A DNA stretch of 64,000 nt from positions 1 to 64,000 of the IMG/VR virus record IMGVR_UViG_3300036820_000008. One strand, written 5' to 3'. This stretch comes from a virus. Of this stretch, positions 40,133 to 51,716 are shown in pieces; position 1 is the stretch's first letter; every line of letters starts with the position of its first letter. The notes beneath the pieces are model-generated. The model saw only the letters and a program-made list of their open reading frames with translations, searched no databases and was not told the origin of the DNA. The position numbers and the translations under genes were made by a program.

Positions 40133-42277
40133 CTATTTGTATAACTCATAATCGCTAACCCCCTGCTTTACGTCCATGACCCAGTTCCAACCCTGGGTTC
40201 CCGGCTTCCCCCGTTCGCGAATGGCGACAGATTTAATACCGAGTGACTTCTTCGCTTTGTTTATGGTACCATGATTGGCAGTCACGCCAGACGCCTTGAT
40301 CTCCCTGATGGCATCAGCAGCATCCCAAACTTCTTGGTGCTCGAACATGGACAGGAGTACCTCTATAATTTCCTCCTGCACTATTGGCGCTGGGCCACGG
40401 CGCGTCTTTACCTCGGAGCCAGCTAGCTCGTCGGCGCTTAGCGTCAGTTCGCCTAGCCATTTGATGCATGGCGCCATATTGCCGTCAGTGTCGGCAACGA
40501 CACTACTATCCTGGATCGTATACGCGAGGGTGTATCCAGGACGACGACTTAGATGGTTGTTCTTTACCTGGGTGATGCCGAACACCCTGCCGTCGCAGTC
40601 GAACTTGGTCGCCTTCTCCTCGGGTACCTCACCGCTGACAAGCTGTATACGTGATACAGCACCGAATGCGATCGAGCCACCTCCACGATGCGCAGCCTTG
40701 AGTGTTGTGTCCTTGTTGTAATGTCTCACGAATACGGCGCTACACCCTACGTCAGAGAGCATAGCGCTTAGCGGCGCTAGCGCCTGGCGGACGCTCGCGT
40801 CGTTGTTGCTGTTCACCTTCTCACCGAGAAATGCAGAGATAGGGTCGACAATAACTAGCTGTATGCGGTAAGCTACGATCCAGTTCCTTAGTTTCTGAAC
40901 ACTCCTGGGGAAGCTTACCAGTTCATCGCCAGAGTAGGCGAGGGCATCCCTTCCCTTTTTCTTTTTCAGGGTCAGAGCCGGTCGGTACACACGACTCATA
41001 TCAGCTCCGGCAGCCTCTAGGCGTCCGGCCGTTACACGATCGCTGTCCTCGGGAGCTAGCAGCAGAACTGATATCGCTCCCTGTGTACTGTCAGAGTCAT
41101 CTGGCATATCTCTGCCGCGCGTCATCCTTGCCCCTACATCTAGGGTAACAAGGGACTTACCGTTACCAGCGTCACCATCAAGGATTGTTATGTCCCCTAC
41201 TGCTATATACCTGCTCCATAGCCAGCTGCTAAGGCCACGATCTATTTCAGAGAATGGGGTAAGGCCCATTGGCACGGCACGAGCTACGCTAGGACCCTCT
41301 AGGATAGACAGCTCTTCATCTGTTGCGTCTGGGATCACCCGTCCGCTGCGATGAAAGAGTGTAAGAAGCTCTCTGTCCGGGTTCCTTCCGCGAACCGGAT
41401 ACCATGGTCGTTTTGCGTCGTACACCGGCATATCAGCAGCGAGTTGCCTCAGCAGCACGAGTATGTCAGGCTTGTCGTAACCCTTGCGCTCGAGCTCGTG
41501 GACGTACCGGAGAAGACTTGACCTCTGTTCCCCTGACTCAGCCTTTATGCACTCAGCTCTGAGCTTGTCTGTAGAAGCTCTGTTCCCGTGAACACCAGTC
41601 TGTCTCGTAGATCGTTGTGACTCTATCGCAGCAAGAATGTACGATGATATTTCCTCTGACGATGGATCGCCGTCAGGTGCCTTTATTGGCTCTATCCACT
41701 TGTAGGTGCCCATTCGTATGCCTTTGTCGGCATATCCTCCGGGAAGAATTCCATTCTCTCCCTCGGCCCCCTTGACTGGCCTTATCGTCGGAGGGATGAA
41801 TACGAACCCACGACCACTACCCTCTGGATTGCCGCCCTTCAGGTCGATGCCCGGCATAAATCCGTTGTGGCTACCTATCCCAAGAGCTGCGATATACAGG
41901 TGCGTGCCGCCACTTGGGGTCTTGGCCATTCCGTATACTTTCGGGGCCGACTCTCCAAGTTCCTCCGACATTCTGTTGAAAGAGAACTTGCCGCCGTTCC
42001 TCGGGTCGATGTCTATGACATCAAACGTTATGCCGCAGACCGCGGCCATCGCGTCCCCCGGCCGATAGCCTGCGATAACATCGTAGTCAGCGGGGTAACG
42101 CTGCCAGCGCGCCCATCTCGTATCGTTCCTGTCAGGGTTTCCATCTTCATCTACTCTTGCCGGGAAAACAGGCATTCCGAATCGAACTAGTCTTCTTGCC
42201 GCGAGGAGCGCAGCGTCACGGCGCTCCTCCGAATCGGCCGAAATCGCGCGGTTTCCGGGACGATCGGCTATAATCAT
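40133..42277 (-). CDS. Bifunctional primase-polymerase fused to an AAA_25/RepA-like helicase
   Basis: DVIDID, TPSGGTHLY; GDAGNGKS, VIVDP, RHYNK, GGSIAF. Confidence 0.9.
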   Translation of the reverse strand: MIIADRPGNRAISADSEERRDAALLAARRLVRFGMPVFPARVDEDGNPDRNDTRWARWQRYPADYDVIAGYRPGDAMAAVCGITFDVIDIDPRNGGKFSFNRMSEELGESAPKVYGMAKTPSGGTHLYIAALGIGSHNGFMPGIDLKGGNPEGSGRGFVFIPPTIRPVKGAEGENGILPGGYADKGIRMGTYKWIEPIKAPDGDPSSEEISSYILAAIESQRSTRQTGVHGNRASTDKLRAECIKAESGEQRSSLLRYVHELERKGYDKPDILVLLRQLAADMPVYDAKRPWYPVRGRNPDRELLTLFHRSGRVIPDATDEELSILEGPSVARAVPMGLTPFSEIDRGLSSWLWSRYIAVGDITILDGDAGNGKSLVTLDVGARMTRGRDMPDDSDSTQGAISVLLLAPEDSDRVTAGRLEAAGADMSRVYRPALTLKKKKGRDALAYSGDELVSFPRSVQKLRNWIVAYRIQLVIVDPISAFLGEKVNSNNDASVRQALAPLSAMLSDVGCSAVFVRHYNKDTTLKAAHRGGGSIAFGAVSRIQLVSGEVPEEKATKFDCDGRVFGITQVKNNHLSRRPGYTLAYTIQDSSVVADTDGNMAPCIKWLGELTLSADELAGSEVKTRRGPAPIVQEEIIEVLLSMFEHQEVWDAADAIREIKASGVTANHGTINKAKKSLGIKSVAIRERGKPGTQGWNWVMDVKQGVSDYELYK

Positions 42278-42889
42278 AAGTGGGCAGGACCTCCGGGCTC
42301 GGGCTTAGCTAGCGGTAACCTTACCGCTCCGATCGGGGGTCCGCCCGAGAAACCCTAATACGCAGAAAGGGAGCAATTGTCTCCGTCGTATTCACCGCCG
42401 TTCTGCGAGATTCATGGTACTGAAATGTACTACGACAATGTGCGTGACGAGATCCGATGCCCCGCTGACCGGCTATGTAACGGACTGTCACTTCCCGAGA
42501 TCCTCATCATGCTGGAGCACACAATCAGCTACGTGACGCTTCCGACACAGACCCTCGCGGGGAGCCTGTGATTTCCATCGTAGAGGATGTCGTCCCGATA
42601 GTGTTCGCCGTCATATTCCTCCTTCTCATCCTTGCCAATTACGGTGACTCTGCAAAGCGTAGGAAGTGGGAAGACAGCCACCCCGGTATGAGCTGGGAGC
42701 AGTGGAAAGAATTCCAGAAAGGCAATCGCAAGTGAATATATACGAACTAGAGAACAGGATAGTAAGGCTGGCAAGGTTCCTGTTCGGGAACAGCATCACA
42801 CCTGCCTGCGGAGGCCTCCTCGTGGGCGTGTTCATGTGTACACTGGCGTCCCTTCTTACATGTCTTACTGTGATGATAGCGGTAACGTC

Positions 42890-43450
42890 TTGACACCTCC
42901 ACACCTGAACATGATAGCCCTCGACCCCGGAGGGACAACTGGTATCTGTATAGCCCAGGTACCGCGCATGTCTGTTTACGGAAGCAAGCCAGGACGCTGG
43001 CTCCGGCTTGAGTGCCGAGAGGTTACCGGAGACGAGGACGTGCAGGTCGACAGTATCTGCCGTATCATCCGAGAGGTACAGAGTCTCGACTATGGGATCG
43101 GGCCAGCTGTCGTAGGAGAGCAGTTCGACAACGATAGTCCGTTCAACGACGACGACGTATTCTCGCCTGTAAGGATTATGGCCAAGCTCGAGTACGCACG
43201 TCACCTCGGCAAGACGGGTGATTCTAAGATTGTCTACCAGACGCGCGGAATGGCCAAGAGCACAGCTACCGATGATCGTCTGCGAGCCTGGGGTCTGTAC
43301 GAGGAGACCGTAGGAAGCATGCACAAACGAGACGCCACTCGACATCTCATAACCATGCTTCGGAGGGCGCGTAAGTCGGCCAGACTACGCGACCGGCTCT
43401 GGAATTCGATGGACGACGGCATGATGGCGAGGGGGTATACGGTCGTCTAG
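42890..43450 (+). CDS. RuvC-like Holliday junction resolvase
   Basis: IALDPGGTTG...GEQF...HKRDATRH; TTG start overlaps the upstream stop. Confidence 0.75.
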   Translation: MTPPHLNMIALDPGGTTGICIAQVPRMSVYGSKPGRWLRLECREVTGDEDVQVDSICRIIREVQSLDYGIGPAVVGEQFDNDSPFNDDDVFSPVRIMAKLEYARHLGKTGDSKIVYQTRGMAKSTATDDRLRAWGLYEETVGSMHKRDATRHLITMLRRARKSARLRDRLWNSMDDGMMARGYTVV

Positions 43451-45390
43451 GCTCGCACGTACCGAGCGCGGCTAGGGCCGGTAGCCTACGGGCTACCGGC
43501 CTCTTCCGTCCCCGTAGGGGAGAGCTCCACATCCGGATTAACGTGCCATCCTATCTGGCACGGGATGCACCACAGCCCTGAATCGCCGGTTGTTCTCGTG
43601 CGACACAGGGGGCATATTCCTTCTGACAGCGCAGCAAGATACATTGCCTCATCCTTCGGGATAAGGATGGTCTCATGCTGAGCGGTTATGTTTTGGCCCG
43701 ACCAGACCCAGTGCGTCTTGTATCCCGAAACTCTACCGTTCAATATCTGCATCTTCCCCTGCTCCTCGGATCAGCGGCGCGGATATCTTCATGCTAATGT
43801 ACCAGGTCGACTTTACGTCACCCCGCTTTGTGCCGTAGTCATGCCACTGGACGCCGTCCCATATAGGCGTGCCATCCGTACCTGTGATATGCGCAAAGCC
43901 TTTGAGCGCGCCCTCGGCCTCATGTCCCATTCTGGCCTCGATAATCATGTCTCCGCCTACGAATGTGATGGATTCGATATCACCGGATGCATCGCCAATC
44001 GTCAGTGTGCCTATGCCACTCATATCTCACCAGCCTCTTTCTTCGCTTTCTCTGTGGCCGTCATTATCTTCCTGCGCCATTCAACCCAGTAAAGCATCCA
44101 TCCGTACATTGGGCCGTACAGAATGAGCACCAATGTACAGCATACCATCACAAGCCATCCAAAGCCGTTGAGCTGGTTGCCATGGACGTGCGTGAATGCC
44201 ATGATGTCACCGACTATAAATCCCATAGTAGATAGTCCGATAAAGAAGTACCGGACGGCATCCTCTGCCCAGGAACAGTCTGCCTCCAGGGTTGAGATCT
44301 GCTTATACCGAAGTGTTCTTTTCTGCAGGCGGGCAATCTTGTCTTTCTTATTCTTCACCATTCTTCTTGCCCTATCGTCTGATATCTCGGCCTTTGATTT
44401 CTTCCTGCTATTGTAATCGAACGGCATAATTCCCCTGTGTGATCATCACCTTCGTCATCTGGCTGATCCATCGGTTCCTCACATGATGCCCTTGGAATGC
44501 TGCGCCGTATATGCATGGGCATGGTACATACGGCGTACGTGATCAGACGGGCACTTGCTGCTGTTGAAGTGGCAGCCGCACCGAGTGCATATATGGATGG
44601 CTAGCCCGAGCATGTCAGGGGTTGAATAGTCGCACCATTCCTTGCCGATCAGCCTAAGCCAAGGTCGCCGATGAATCCATTCTCTTGTCTTTTGCATTGC
44701 TCGCCCCTCTCGGCGGTGCCAGTATCGCCTCTCCGGACAGTGTTGTGCCTATCCGTGCACCAGGAAGCAGGAACAAGTTGCCGGTTGACTGTCCTCCGGG
44801 ACAGCCACAGCAATTGTCCTTGGCATGCCTACCATGCTCACAGCGATCGAGGTCCTCTAGAAGAGGCTTCATGATGGCCATCTCTTTTCCTGTTCGGGTG
44901 ACGGAACTGAGTGTCCATTTACGAATGGGGCAATTAGATCCTTGTAACCTTTCGGCGGGTCCTCGCGGCCGTCGGATGCTGCTGACCTTGCTATCGCAAG
45001 AGCATCCTCTACACTTAGGCCTCCGATGTCCATGCAATGATCGTAAACGGCATCAAGGGCATTCTGGTACATATCAGAAGCACTTACGCCCTTGTCTGCG
45101 TCTTCCATCATGGACTTCTCGGCAATCGATATTGCCTGCTCTAGGACCGGATGCATGATCTTCCCCTGTCTACCCGCGCCTAGGGCTAGGGTACCGGCTA
45201 GTCGGTAGTCGCGCTAGTCTCGGTATTCGGCGGCTCCTGGTGGGATACGTACTCGTAGTAGATCGCCATTCCGCCCGGAAGAACAGGATCTACTGGCATC
45301 GTCTTCACGGCAATAGTGATGATGGAGCCAGCCGGTATGTCTTCTGGCATATTGCAAAGAATTCTGCGTACTTTGTTCACTATTCCCCTC

Positions 45391-45984
45391 CTAGTGGCTG
45401 CAGAGACATGTTCCGTTGAATGCGCAACAGCAGGCACCTTCGGCACAGCATGGTACGTCCTTGAAGATGCTGGCCACCTCAGGATGGTCATGCATGTCTG
45501 TGCGGTTGCACCATGCACAAAGGCCCCAGATGGCACGGATCATGCGGATCTCTGGGCTGCGCGGGTCGGCCGGAGGCATGCAGAACTGATCGTGCTCGCC
45601 GTAGCCATGGGCCGGGTTGCCGCAGTAAGTGTCTGGCCTCTTGGGCCAGCCAGTTCCCTCGTATTTGCGCGGCTCGCGCTTCATGTCTGTGTCTGATCCG
45701 GGGACAGGGCAGAAGCCGAGCCTCTTGTACCAGTTGCGTAGGCGGTCCTCGTCCATGTTTGGGTTAAGTATGTAGTCTGGCTCGATAGCCAGCATAAGGG
45801 TGACACCCTCTCTATCGGCGTCCTCTAGAACCTGCGCCATGAGCCGAGTAGCCGCACCACGTCCCTGGCGGCGCACTGCGATGCTGGACATGAGCGCCCA
45901 ATTCTTGCTTGGCCAGAGCATCATGTCGATGGTAGCCCATGTCTCAGTCTCGAAGTATATGTGTCTCACCCGGATGTCACGCAT
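45391..45984 (-). CDS. GNAT acetyltransferase with Cys-rich C-terminal extension
   Basis: RRQGRGAATRLM...WYKRLGF; CAWC...CC...CCC..C.C tail. Confidence 0.7.
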   Translation of the reverse strand: MRDIRVRHIYFETETWATIDMMLWPSKNWALMSSIAVRRQGRGAATRLMAQVLEDADREGVTLMLAIEPDYILNPNMDEDRLRNWYKRLGFCPVPGSDTDMKREPRKYEGTGWPKRPDTYCGNPAHGYGEHDQFCMPPADPRSPEIRMIRAIWGLCAWCNRTDMHDHPEVASIFKDVPCCAEGACCCAFNGTCLCSH

Positions 45985-46830
45985 TTCTTCTTGGCCTGGA
46001 GTACGAGAACTTCTCGTCCCCAATGTATATTTGGCGTCTTATCTTGAACCATGAGTGGCATCGGTCGCACATTGCCGACAACATGAGACCTGTTGATACA
46101 TGTCCCCTTACTCTGCATGTTGTGTGTTTGTGCAGGAATGCCCTTACCCTGATTATCCACATGATAATTATGCCATTTCTCTGTCGCCCTGGAGCTCGCC
46201 CGTAACGAGCGCTAGCCCTAGCGTAGCCGGTACGCGGTAGACCGGCTAGCGGCTCCGTACGGGCGATCTCCACCGGCTCGCCGGTACCGGCTACCGCTCC
46301 TTACTGCGGCTCGCGGGTGGGCGGGTTCGCCCTACGCTCCCGGATCCGATCTCTGTAGTATGCGGCCTCTCTGTGCACCAGACCGGTCAGTTCCTCTACG
46401 ACACGGCCGTTGACGAACACAGCCCAGCTCTGGCTGTCATCGCCATTGTACTTGCGAATCGTGATCTTGTCAGCTTTCGCCATTGCCATTCTCATTCCGA
46501 TTGCAAGAGTCGCCTGTTTTGGCGATGGCATGTACCGGACACTTCTCCCGATAGTTCGGGCATGCCATGAAGGCGCAGTGCGTGCCTTCCTCGATAGCTC
46601 CGACCGGACCGATCTTGCTGTGGTCACATCCTCTGTTCACATTTCCTCCTATATGGTCAGCAGGATCTCGTTCGGTTCGCAGAGTCCGCTCTCCGTGTTT
46701 ACGGTCCCGCTCCATATGTTGATGCAGTCGCATCCCTGCAGCACAACAACCTTGCCTCTGTCCAGCTTACGCAGAGCCTCGATCAGGTCTGCCACTGTGT
46801 TCTTCTCTTCATCTTCCGGCATGCATGCTC

Positions 46831-48054
46831 CTAGTCGAAGAATGTATCGTACTCGTCAGGCTCGGGCAGCTCTTCCTCTGCCTCATCGAACAGTTCCTCC
46901 TGCGCCCGGACTGTCTCCATCACGTCGCATACATGCCACCCCTTGTGGGTGCTACGATCCGGGAACGTCAGGACGCTGCTCTTGCCGAGACCCATTGCCA
47001 TCAGTTTCGCGATCTTGTAATCGGTCAGCTTCGGGTACATCTTCTCGTCCACGGTACGCAGGTGATCGAGCAGCGTCCGGCTCGTGAGATAGACCGGCTC
47101 AGGCTCGGCCGGTAGCGACCTCAGATATGCCCCGGCGTCCCGTACGATTTTCTGCTCGGGGAGCAGGACAGCCTTGTTGGCCGAGTCGAGCGCCAGAGCC
47201 TCGAATGCCCGCTTCCACCTCGCTGGCCACTCACCGCCCGCTGCCTTGGCGATGGACCACATTGGCCCCCATATCTGGGCCTTGCGGGATGTGAGCCTCG
47301 GGTGGATGCCGCGCAGCTGCTTGTTGTACTTCTTCAGGTCCTCGATGTTCGACCGGACCCAGGCATGCAGGCAGTCCTGAAGCTCCCGAGCCTCAGCCTC
47401 AACATCCTCGTCCAGGATGTCCTCGAGCACTACGCCCTCTGGCTTGGGGCGCATCTCCCCGATAACGCACCGGGACCTGAGATCATCTGGGGCTGCCTTG
47501 CGGAGTCCCGCGAAGAAGGCTACTCCGTAGCAGCTGATGTCCTGGGCCGTTCCGTTGCTCAGGCTCAGCGTTCCCTTCACTGAGTATCCGTCGCATGCTA
47601 TCTGGTATATCGGGTTGGTCTGGCCTCGCAGCCCGTTCTCGCCGAACACCTTGCTGATCTCATGGAAGCACAGGGTCACCGGACCCTCGATGTACTTGGC
47701 CCTGAGAGCAAACGAGGTCGGATTGGATGACCAGCCATTCAGACTTAGGTCCTCCGCGAAGTAAAGGACCGTTGACTTGCCGCACTCCTTGAATGGACTT
47801 GTGATCAGAAAGCGCGGTACCGTCCGGCTCGCGTCTAGCGCGTGGCTGACTGCTGCGCCCATGATCACCGCATCCTTCAGCTCTCGGGATGCGTAGATCG
47901 TTCTGTCGGCCAGTTCGCTGATCCTGTCCAGCGGCTGCGGCACATTCTTCTTTACTCGCTCTTTCCGTGGCCCTGGGGTCATCGGCTCTCTTGTCGCCGC
48001 GTACTCAGACGCGACCCCGACCGCCATAGCGGCTAGCCTAACTGCTGATGCCAT
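46831..48054 (-). CDS. DUF3631-like P-loop protein
   Basis: PRFLITSP..ECGKST, L.SR, W.P...IA..AGG.WP. Confidence 0.7.
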   Translation of the reverse strand: MASAVRLAAMAVGVASEYAATREPMTPGPRKERVKKNVPQPLDRISELADRTIYASRELKDAVIMGAAVSHALDASRTVPRFLITSPFKECGKSTVLYFAEDLSLNGWSSNPTSFALRAKYIEGPVTLCFHEISKVFGENGLRGQTNPIYQIACDGYSVKGTLSLSNGTAQDISCYGVAFFAGLRKAAPDDLRSRCVIGEMRPKPEGVVLEDILDEDVEAEARELQDCLHAWVRSNIEDLKKYNKQLRGIHPRLTSRKAQIWGPMWSIAKAAGGEWPARWKRAFEALALDSANKAVLLPEQKIVRDAGAYLRSLPAEPEPVYLTSRTLLDHLRTVDEKMYPKLTDYKIAKLMAMGLGKSSVLTFPDRSTHKGWHVCDVMETVRAQEELFDEAEEELPEPDEYDTFFD

Positions 48055-48095
48055 GATCTGTACCTTACCCCTCCGACGGGTCGTACCTTACCCCT

Positions 48096-48125
48096 AGTCT
48101 ACCGTATGCACCCGGTAGCTCGCTA
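48096..48125 (-). promoter_or_regulatory. Phage promoter TAGCGA-N18-TAGACT
   Basis: Recurrent consensus; GTGCATACGG before the -10 is shared with the 49164 promoter. Confidence 0.6.
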
Positions 48126-49127
48126 CCGTAGCGCGTCCGGGGTCTTGCTGCCGACCCCGGTGCTGAGGTCTGCGGTGTTAGCGTGCCGGACTCCAACGCC
48201 ATACGCCTGCTCGTTGAACGAGAATGTTGGTGCCTTCCGCCTGCGAGCAGGCTTGCTGTTCTTGGGGTCTTCCTCTGGCACCTCCAGGAACATCTCGGGG
48301 TTGTCATCGCGGAATAGCGCGTCCAGATCATCGACCCTCGAGGCTAGGAGGATCTCGGTTCCTGCCTGTCGGTTGCTCTCGACCTGGCGGAGACGCTGCG
48401 TAAGCCGGGACGTGTACCCATACGCGGCGCTCTTGCGATAGGTGGCCGTTCCCCCGGCAGAGATCTTGGTCGGCTGCTCGCCCCGCTCCTTCGTCGCCTG
48501 GTAGTAAGCGCGCTTGTAGATGCCGCCGACGTGGAACTTGGTCTTGTCGTTCCCCTCGCTGTCCCGCCACATCTCGGTGCCCTCTCGCAGGCCAACCTTC
48601 GACCACCCGTACATGCGAGCGATCTCCAGCCAGTTGTACCCTGCGTTGTGGAGGCGATAGCAGTTCTCGCTCAGTGAGCTGTTCCTGTCGATGCGCGGGA
48701 TCAGCACACCGAGCATGTGCAGGCGGATGGTTGTGTACAGCAGCTCGAAGTAGCGCGCGTCCGACTCGAAGCCGTACACCTTTGCCACCCACACGCCATC
48801 CCTCCAAGCGGTGTACAGGAGAGCGCGGCACCGGCAGTGCCTGGCCACCATGTCGCACAGCGACCCGAAGTAGCCGATAATGTCAGAGTCGCCGCCGATC
48901 TCGACCGTTATGATGATTGGCCTCGTGCGCTGCTCGGCTGGCCGGGAGGCCTCGGCCTGAGTCTCGTCGACTGCGTGCTTGAGCATCAGCGCGTCGGCCA
49001 TCTCGCGATACGATGTGGCCACCTTGGGGTCGGTGTTCGGGTCCTCGGCTACTGCGATCAGCTTGCGGACCTTGCTGAGGACACTGTCGAGTGACATCTC
49101 TCGCCTGTTGTTATCCTGATCGGACAT
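48123..49127 (-). CDS. DUF2786-domain protein
   Basis: KVRKLIAVAED...A..LM.KH. Confidence 0.75.
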   Translation of the reverse strand: MSDQDNNRREMSLDSVLSKVRKLIAVAEDPNTDPKVATSYREMADALMLKHAVDETQAEASRPAEQRTRPIIITVEIGGDSDIIGYFGSLCDMVARHCRCRALLYTAWRDGVWVAKVYGFESDARYFELLYTTIRLHMLGVLIPRIDRNSSLSENCYRLHNAGYNWLEIARMYGWSKVGLREGTEMWRDSEGNDKTKFHVGGIYKRAYYQATKERGEQPTKISAGGTATYRKSAAYGYTSRLTQRLRQVESNRQAGTEILLASRVDDLDALFRDDNPEMFLEVPEEDPKNSKPARRRKAPTFSFNEQAYGVGVRHANTADLSTGVGSKTPDALR

Positions 49128-49163
49128 TTCCTGCTCCTCTGTCGTGTGCGGGGCTATACCCCT

Positions 49164-49192
49164 ATCCTACCGTATGCACGCCACTAGGGCTA
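49164..49192 (-). promoter_or_regulatory. Phage promoter TAGCCC-N17-TAGGAT
   Basis: Recurrent consensus. Confidence 0.55.
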
Positions 49193-50133
49193 GGGGTCGG
49201 CGGGGTCCGGGTGGACGCGCTATAGGGTCGGCGTCCACCCGGTAGTCTCGGTATTCGCGGTAGTCGTCAGGATTCGGCTGCCTTTGTCTTATCGGGGCAC
49301 CGGCTGCACGGGGCAGACGGCATTCCAGACAGGCGGCCGCATCCTTCGCATCTTTCTGGCTCCTGTGTCCAGGGCCAGATGTCCTCCTTGAGGCCTCTGT
49401 AGAGGAGGCGGGCCATCTCGGTCTCGGTTGTGCGATAGCCTCCTATGCTTGCCTGCCGGAATAGCTCAGCGCAGGCCTCTTGCTCGCTTCCGGTACGTGC
49501 ATGGCTCTGCAGGATGGACAGGAGCTTGTAAGCCATGCTGTGGTGCTCAGCGTTGGCCAGCGGTGCGCTGTTCGGCATTTTGCGGAGGGGAATCCCCTGC
49601 CTCATGTTTCTGGCAAGCTGCTCATGTCCGCCTACCTCGCGGAAGCGACGCCTGTCCTCCTCGCTCATGGCCGCCACTGCCTCCTTGCCCTGTCATATGC
49701 CTGCGGGGTTACTGGAGGCCAGACCGAAATCGCTGGAGGATCTCCCTCCGTGACATACGTCTCTCCGTGCTGGGAGCAGCTGGCCGGGTCGCCAGTCTGC
49801 ATGGGGCGTGGTGAGTCAAGCTCGTGCCCGCAGCTCATGGGGTAGACGTAGTTGTCCTCGGCCTGGCCGGGGCCGGGTCGAGCTGTGGTATCTCCCTCGT
49901 CCTCTTCTTTGTTATTGTAGAAGATCTGGGCGACTCCTCTTCCGAGGAACTCCTCCATCTCAACCATCGTCAGCGGGTTGGTGTACATCGGGAGGCGCTG
50001 GATGACCCTGCGCCAGTTACCGTCGTTGTCCCAGCGCTCGATCTCAGTGCCGTCCCGCAGGACGATCCTGAATGCGCCCTCTGTTAGTCTATTGTCCATC
50101 GTCTTTGCCTCTCGGTTTGCTCGGGTAGCTATT

Positions 50134-50163
50134 AGCCTACTCCACTTGGAGTGCTAGCCGCTA
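50134..50163 (-). promoter_or_regulatory. Phage promoter TAGCGG-N18-TAGGCT
   Basis: Recurrent consensus. Confidence 0.55.
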
Positions 50164-50394
50164 GGGCTTAGCGGTAGCGCGTAGCACTCCCGTAAAGCGG
50201 GCAGAGCTCGCACGTACGGAGATTAGAATCGGGGTTAGGTAGCCCGGTAGGGTCGGGCTTCCGTAGGGCCTTAGCTCGGAGCTACGGGCCGTTTATGGGA
50301 GTGCTGAATTTTGCCCCCTAAAGCCGGGAGAGCCCGGCACCTGACATGGGTGCCGGGCTTCTCGGTGTGGACGGGTGGACGGGCGGTGTGCGGG

Positions 50395-51399
50395 TCACTC
50401 GTCCGTGGTGTCCTGTGTGGTGTCTTCGCTCGCGGTGTCCTGTGTGGCGTCGGTGGGGGTGTCGTCGGTTGCCTCCGCGTCCGTGGGGGCCTCCGTGAGG
50501 CCTGCGGCAGTTTCGGACTCGGTGAGCCAGTCACTTCTCTGCGGCCGGGGGAGGTGCTTCAGCCACTCGTCACGGTCGGCCGGGAAGTGGTGGATCCACT
50601 GGGCCGCGCACTGCCGGGCCTCAGCGAGCCCGCCGATGCCGGCCAGGATGCCGTTGGGGTCGGAGCCGGTAGGGTCGGCCGGGTTATCGAGGCTGTGGAT
50701 TGCCGCACCGATGGCCTCGACGAGAACGAGTGCGAGGTCACGCTTGGCCTGCCGGGATGCGGACTTGCCAGTGCCTTTGCCCGATCCTGTGCCCTTGGCC
50801 GTGGCCCAGACTCCACCGAGTTTGGCGACGCAGGTGTGGATGTGGACCGCGCCGGTGTATCCGTTCTCGGCCAGCCAGGCGTCGCTGGGGTCGGGGTCGG
50901 TCATCTCCGTGCTGGGGTCCGCTGGGTCGGCCTTGGGGTGCACGGGCTGGGGAGGGGTGCCGCTGGGGTCGTCCTCCTGGGTCCAGGACTCGCGGATCTG
51001 GTCATCCCACAGCTGGCAGATGAGGTCGTGCGGATCCTCCACCAGTGCGGAGCCGGGACGCTCGTAGTCGGACTTCCGCGTGTCACGCTTGAGTATGGGG
51101 CACTTGGGGGTTTCCTCGTCGCCGGTGACGTGAACCTGGAAGTCTCCGTCCTTGAGAACGAAGCTGAGCAGGTCGCGCGGGTCCTCCACTTCGTGGGCCG
51201 GGATCTTGGCCGGGGAGAGCTTGCCGTTCTTGCGGGAGACCCGGATCTTCAGATCCTTGGCCGTGAGCCCGCACTCCGGGCAGCCAGGAAGGCTCGAGGT
51301 TGCTGCTGTGTTCGTCCTTGGGTCCGTGGAGTCACCTTCTGTCTGGGGGATGTAGACCCAGGCCTGGTTCTCACCGGCGCACTCAATGATGGTTGACAT
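50395..51399 (-). CDS. Hypothetical protein with C-terminal QWxHHFPADR domain
   Basis: 334 aa; strong codon bias; paralogous to 57868-58302. Confidence 0.75.
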   Translation of the reverse strand: MSTIIECAGENQAWVYIPQTEGDSTDPRTNTAATSSLPGCPECGLTAKDLKIRVSRKNGKLSPAKIPAHEVEDPRDLLSFVLKDGDFQVHVTGDEETPKCPILKRDTRKSDYERPGSALVEDPHDLICQLWDDQIRESWTQEDDPSGTPPQPVHPKADPADPSTEMTDPDPSDAWLAENGYTGAVHIHTCVAKLGGVWATAKGTGSGKGTGKSASRQAKRDLALVLVEAIGAAIHSLDNPADPTGSDPNGILAGIGGLAEARQCAAQWIHHFPADRDEWLKHLPRPQRSDWLTESETAAGLTEAPTDAEATDDTPTDATQDTASEDTTQDTTDE

Positions 51400-51665
51400 G
51401 ACTGCCTGCTTTCCTCTGGGGTTGCTGTTTGTTTGCTTTCGGTTGGTTTTCCGGGGGTTTGCTTTTGTTCTTTCGGTTCCTGCTGGTTTCTCGTCAGCCC
51501 GGCGGCTCTTACCTCGTCCCGGGCGGGACGCTAGTCAAACTATACCCTGTGATCGGCCGGTATGGGTAGGGTAGGGGGAGGATTCTTAGGCTCTATTTTC
51601 GACTACTTTGAGTTAGCATACCATGCGGTCTGCCTACGTGCAGTAACGGGTGGCTCCTGGCTGGG

Positions 51666-51706
51666 GTGTGCCGGTGTGTGCCGGTGTGTGCCGGTGTGTG
51701 CCGGTG
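51666..51706. repeat. Tandem 10-bp repeat, about 4 copies of GTGTGCCGGT
   Basis: Visible directly in the sequence. Confidence 0.85.
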
Positions 51707-51716
51707 CTGGGGTATC

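Noticed and set aside
50311-51396. 361-aa plus-strand ORF
   Set aside because: Antisense shadow of the codon-biased gene at 50395-51399.
51666-51706. Tandem repeat as a CRISPR array
   Set aside because: The 10-bp units have no spacers; it is a simple minisatellite.
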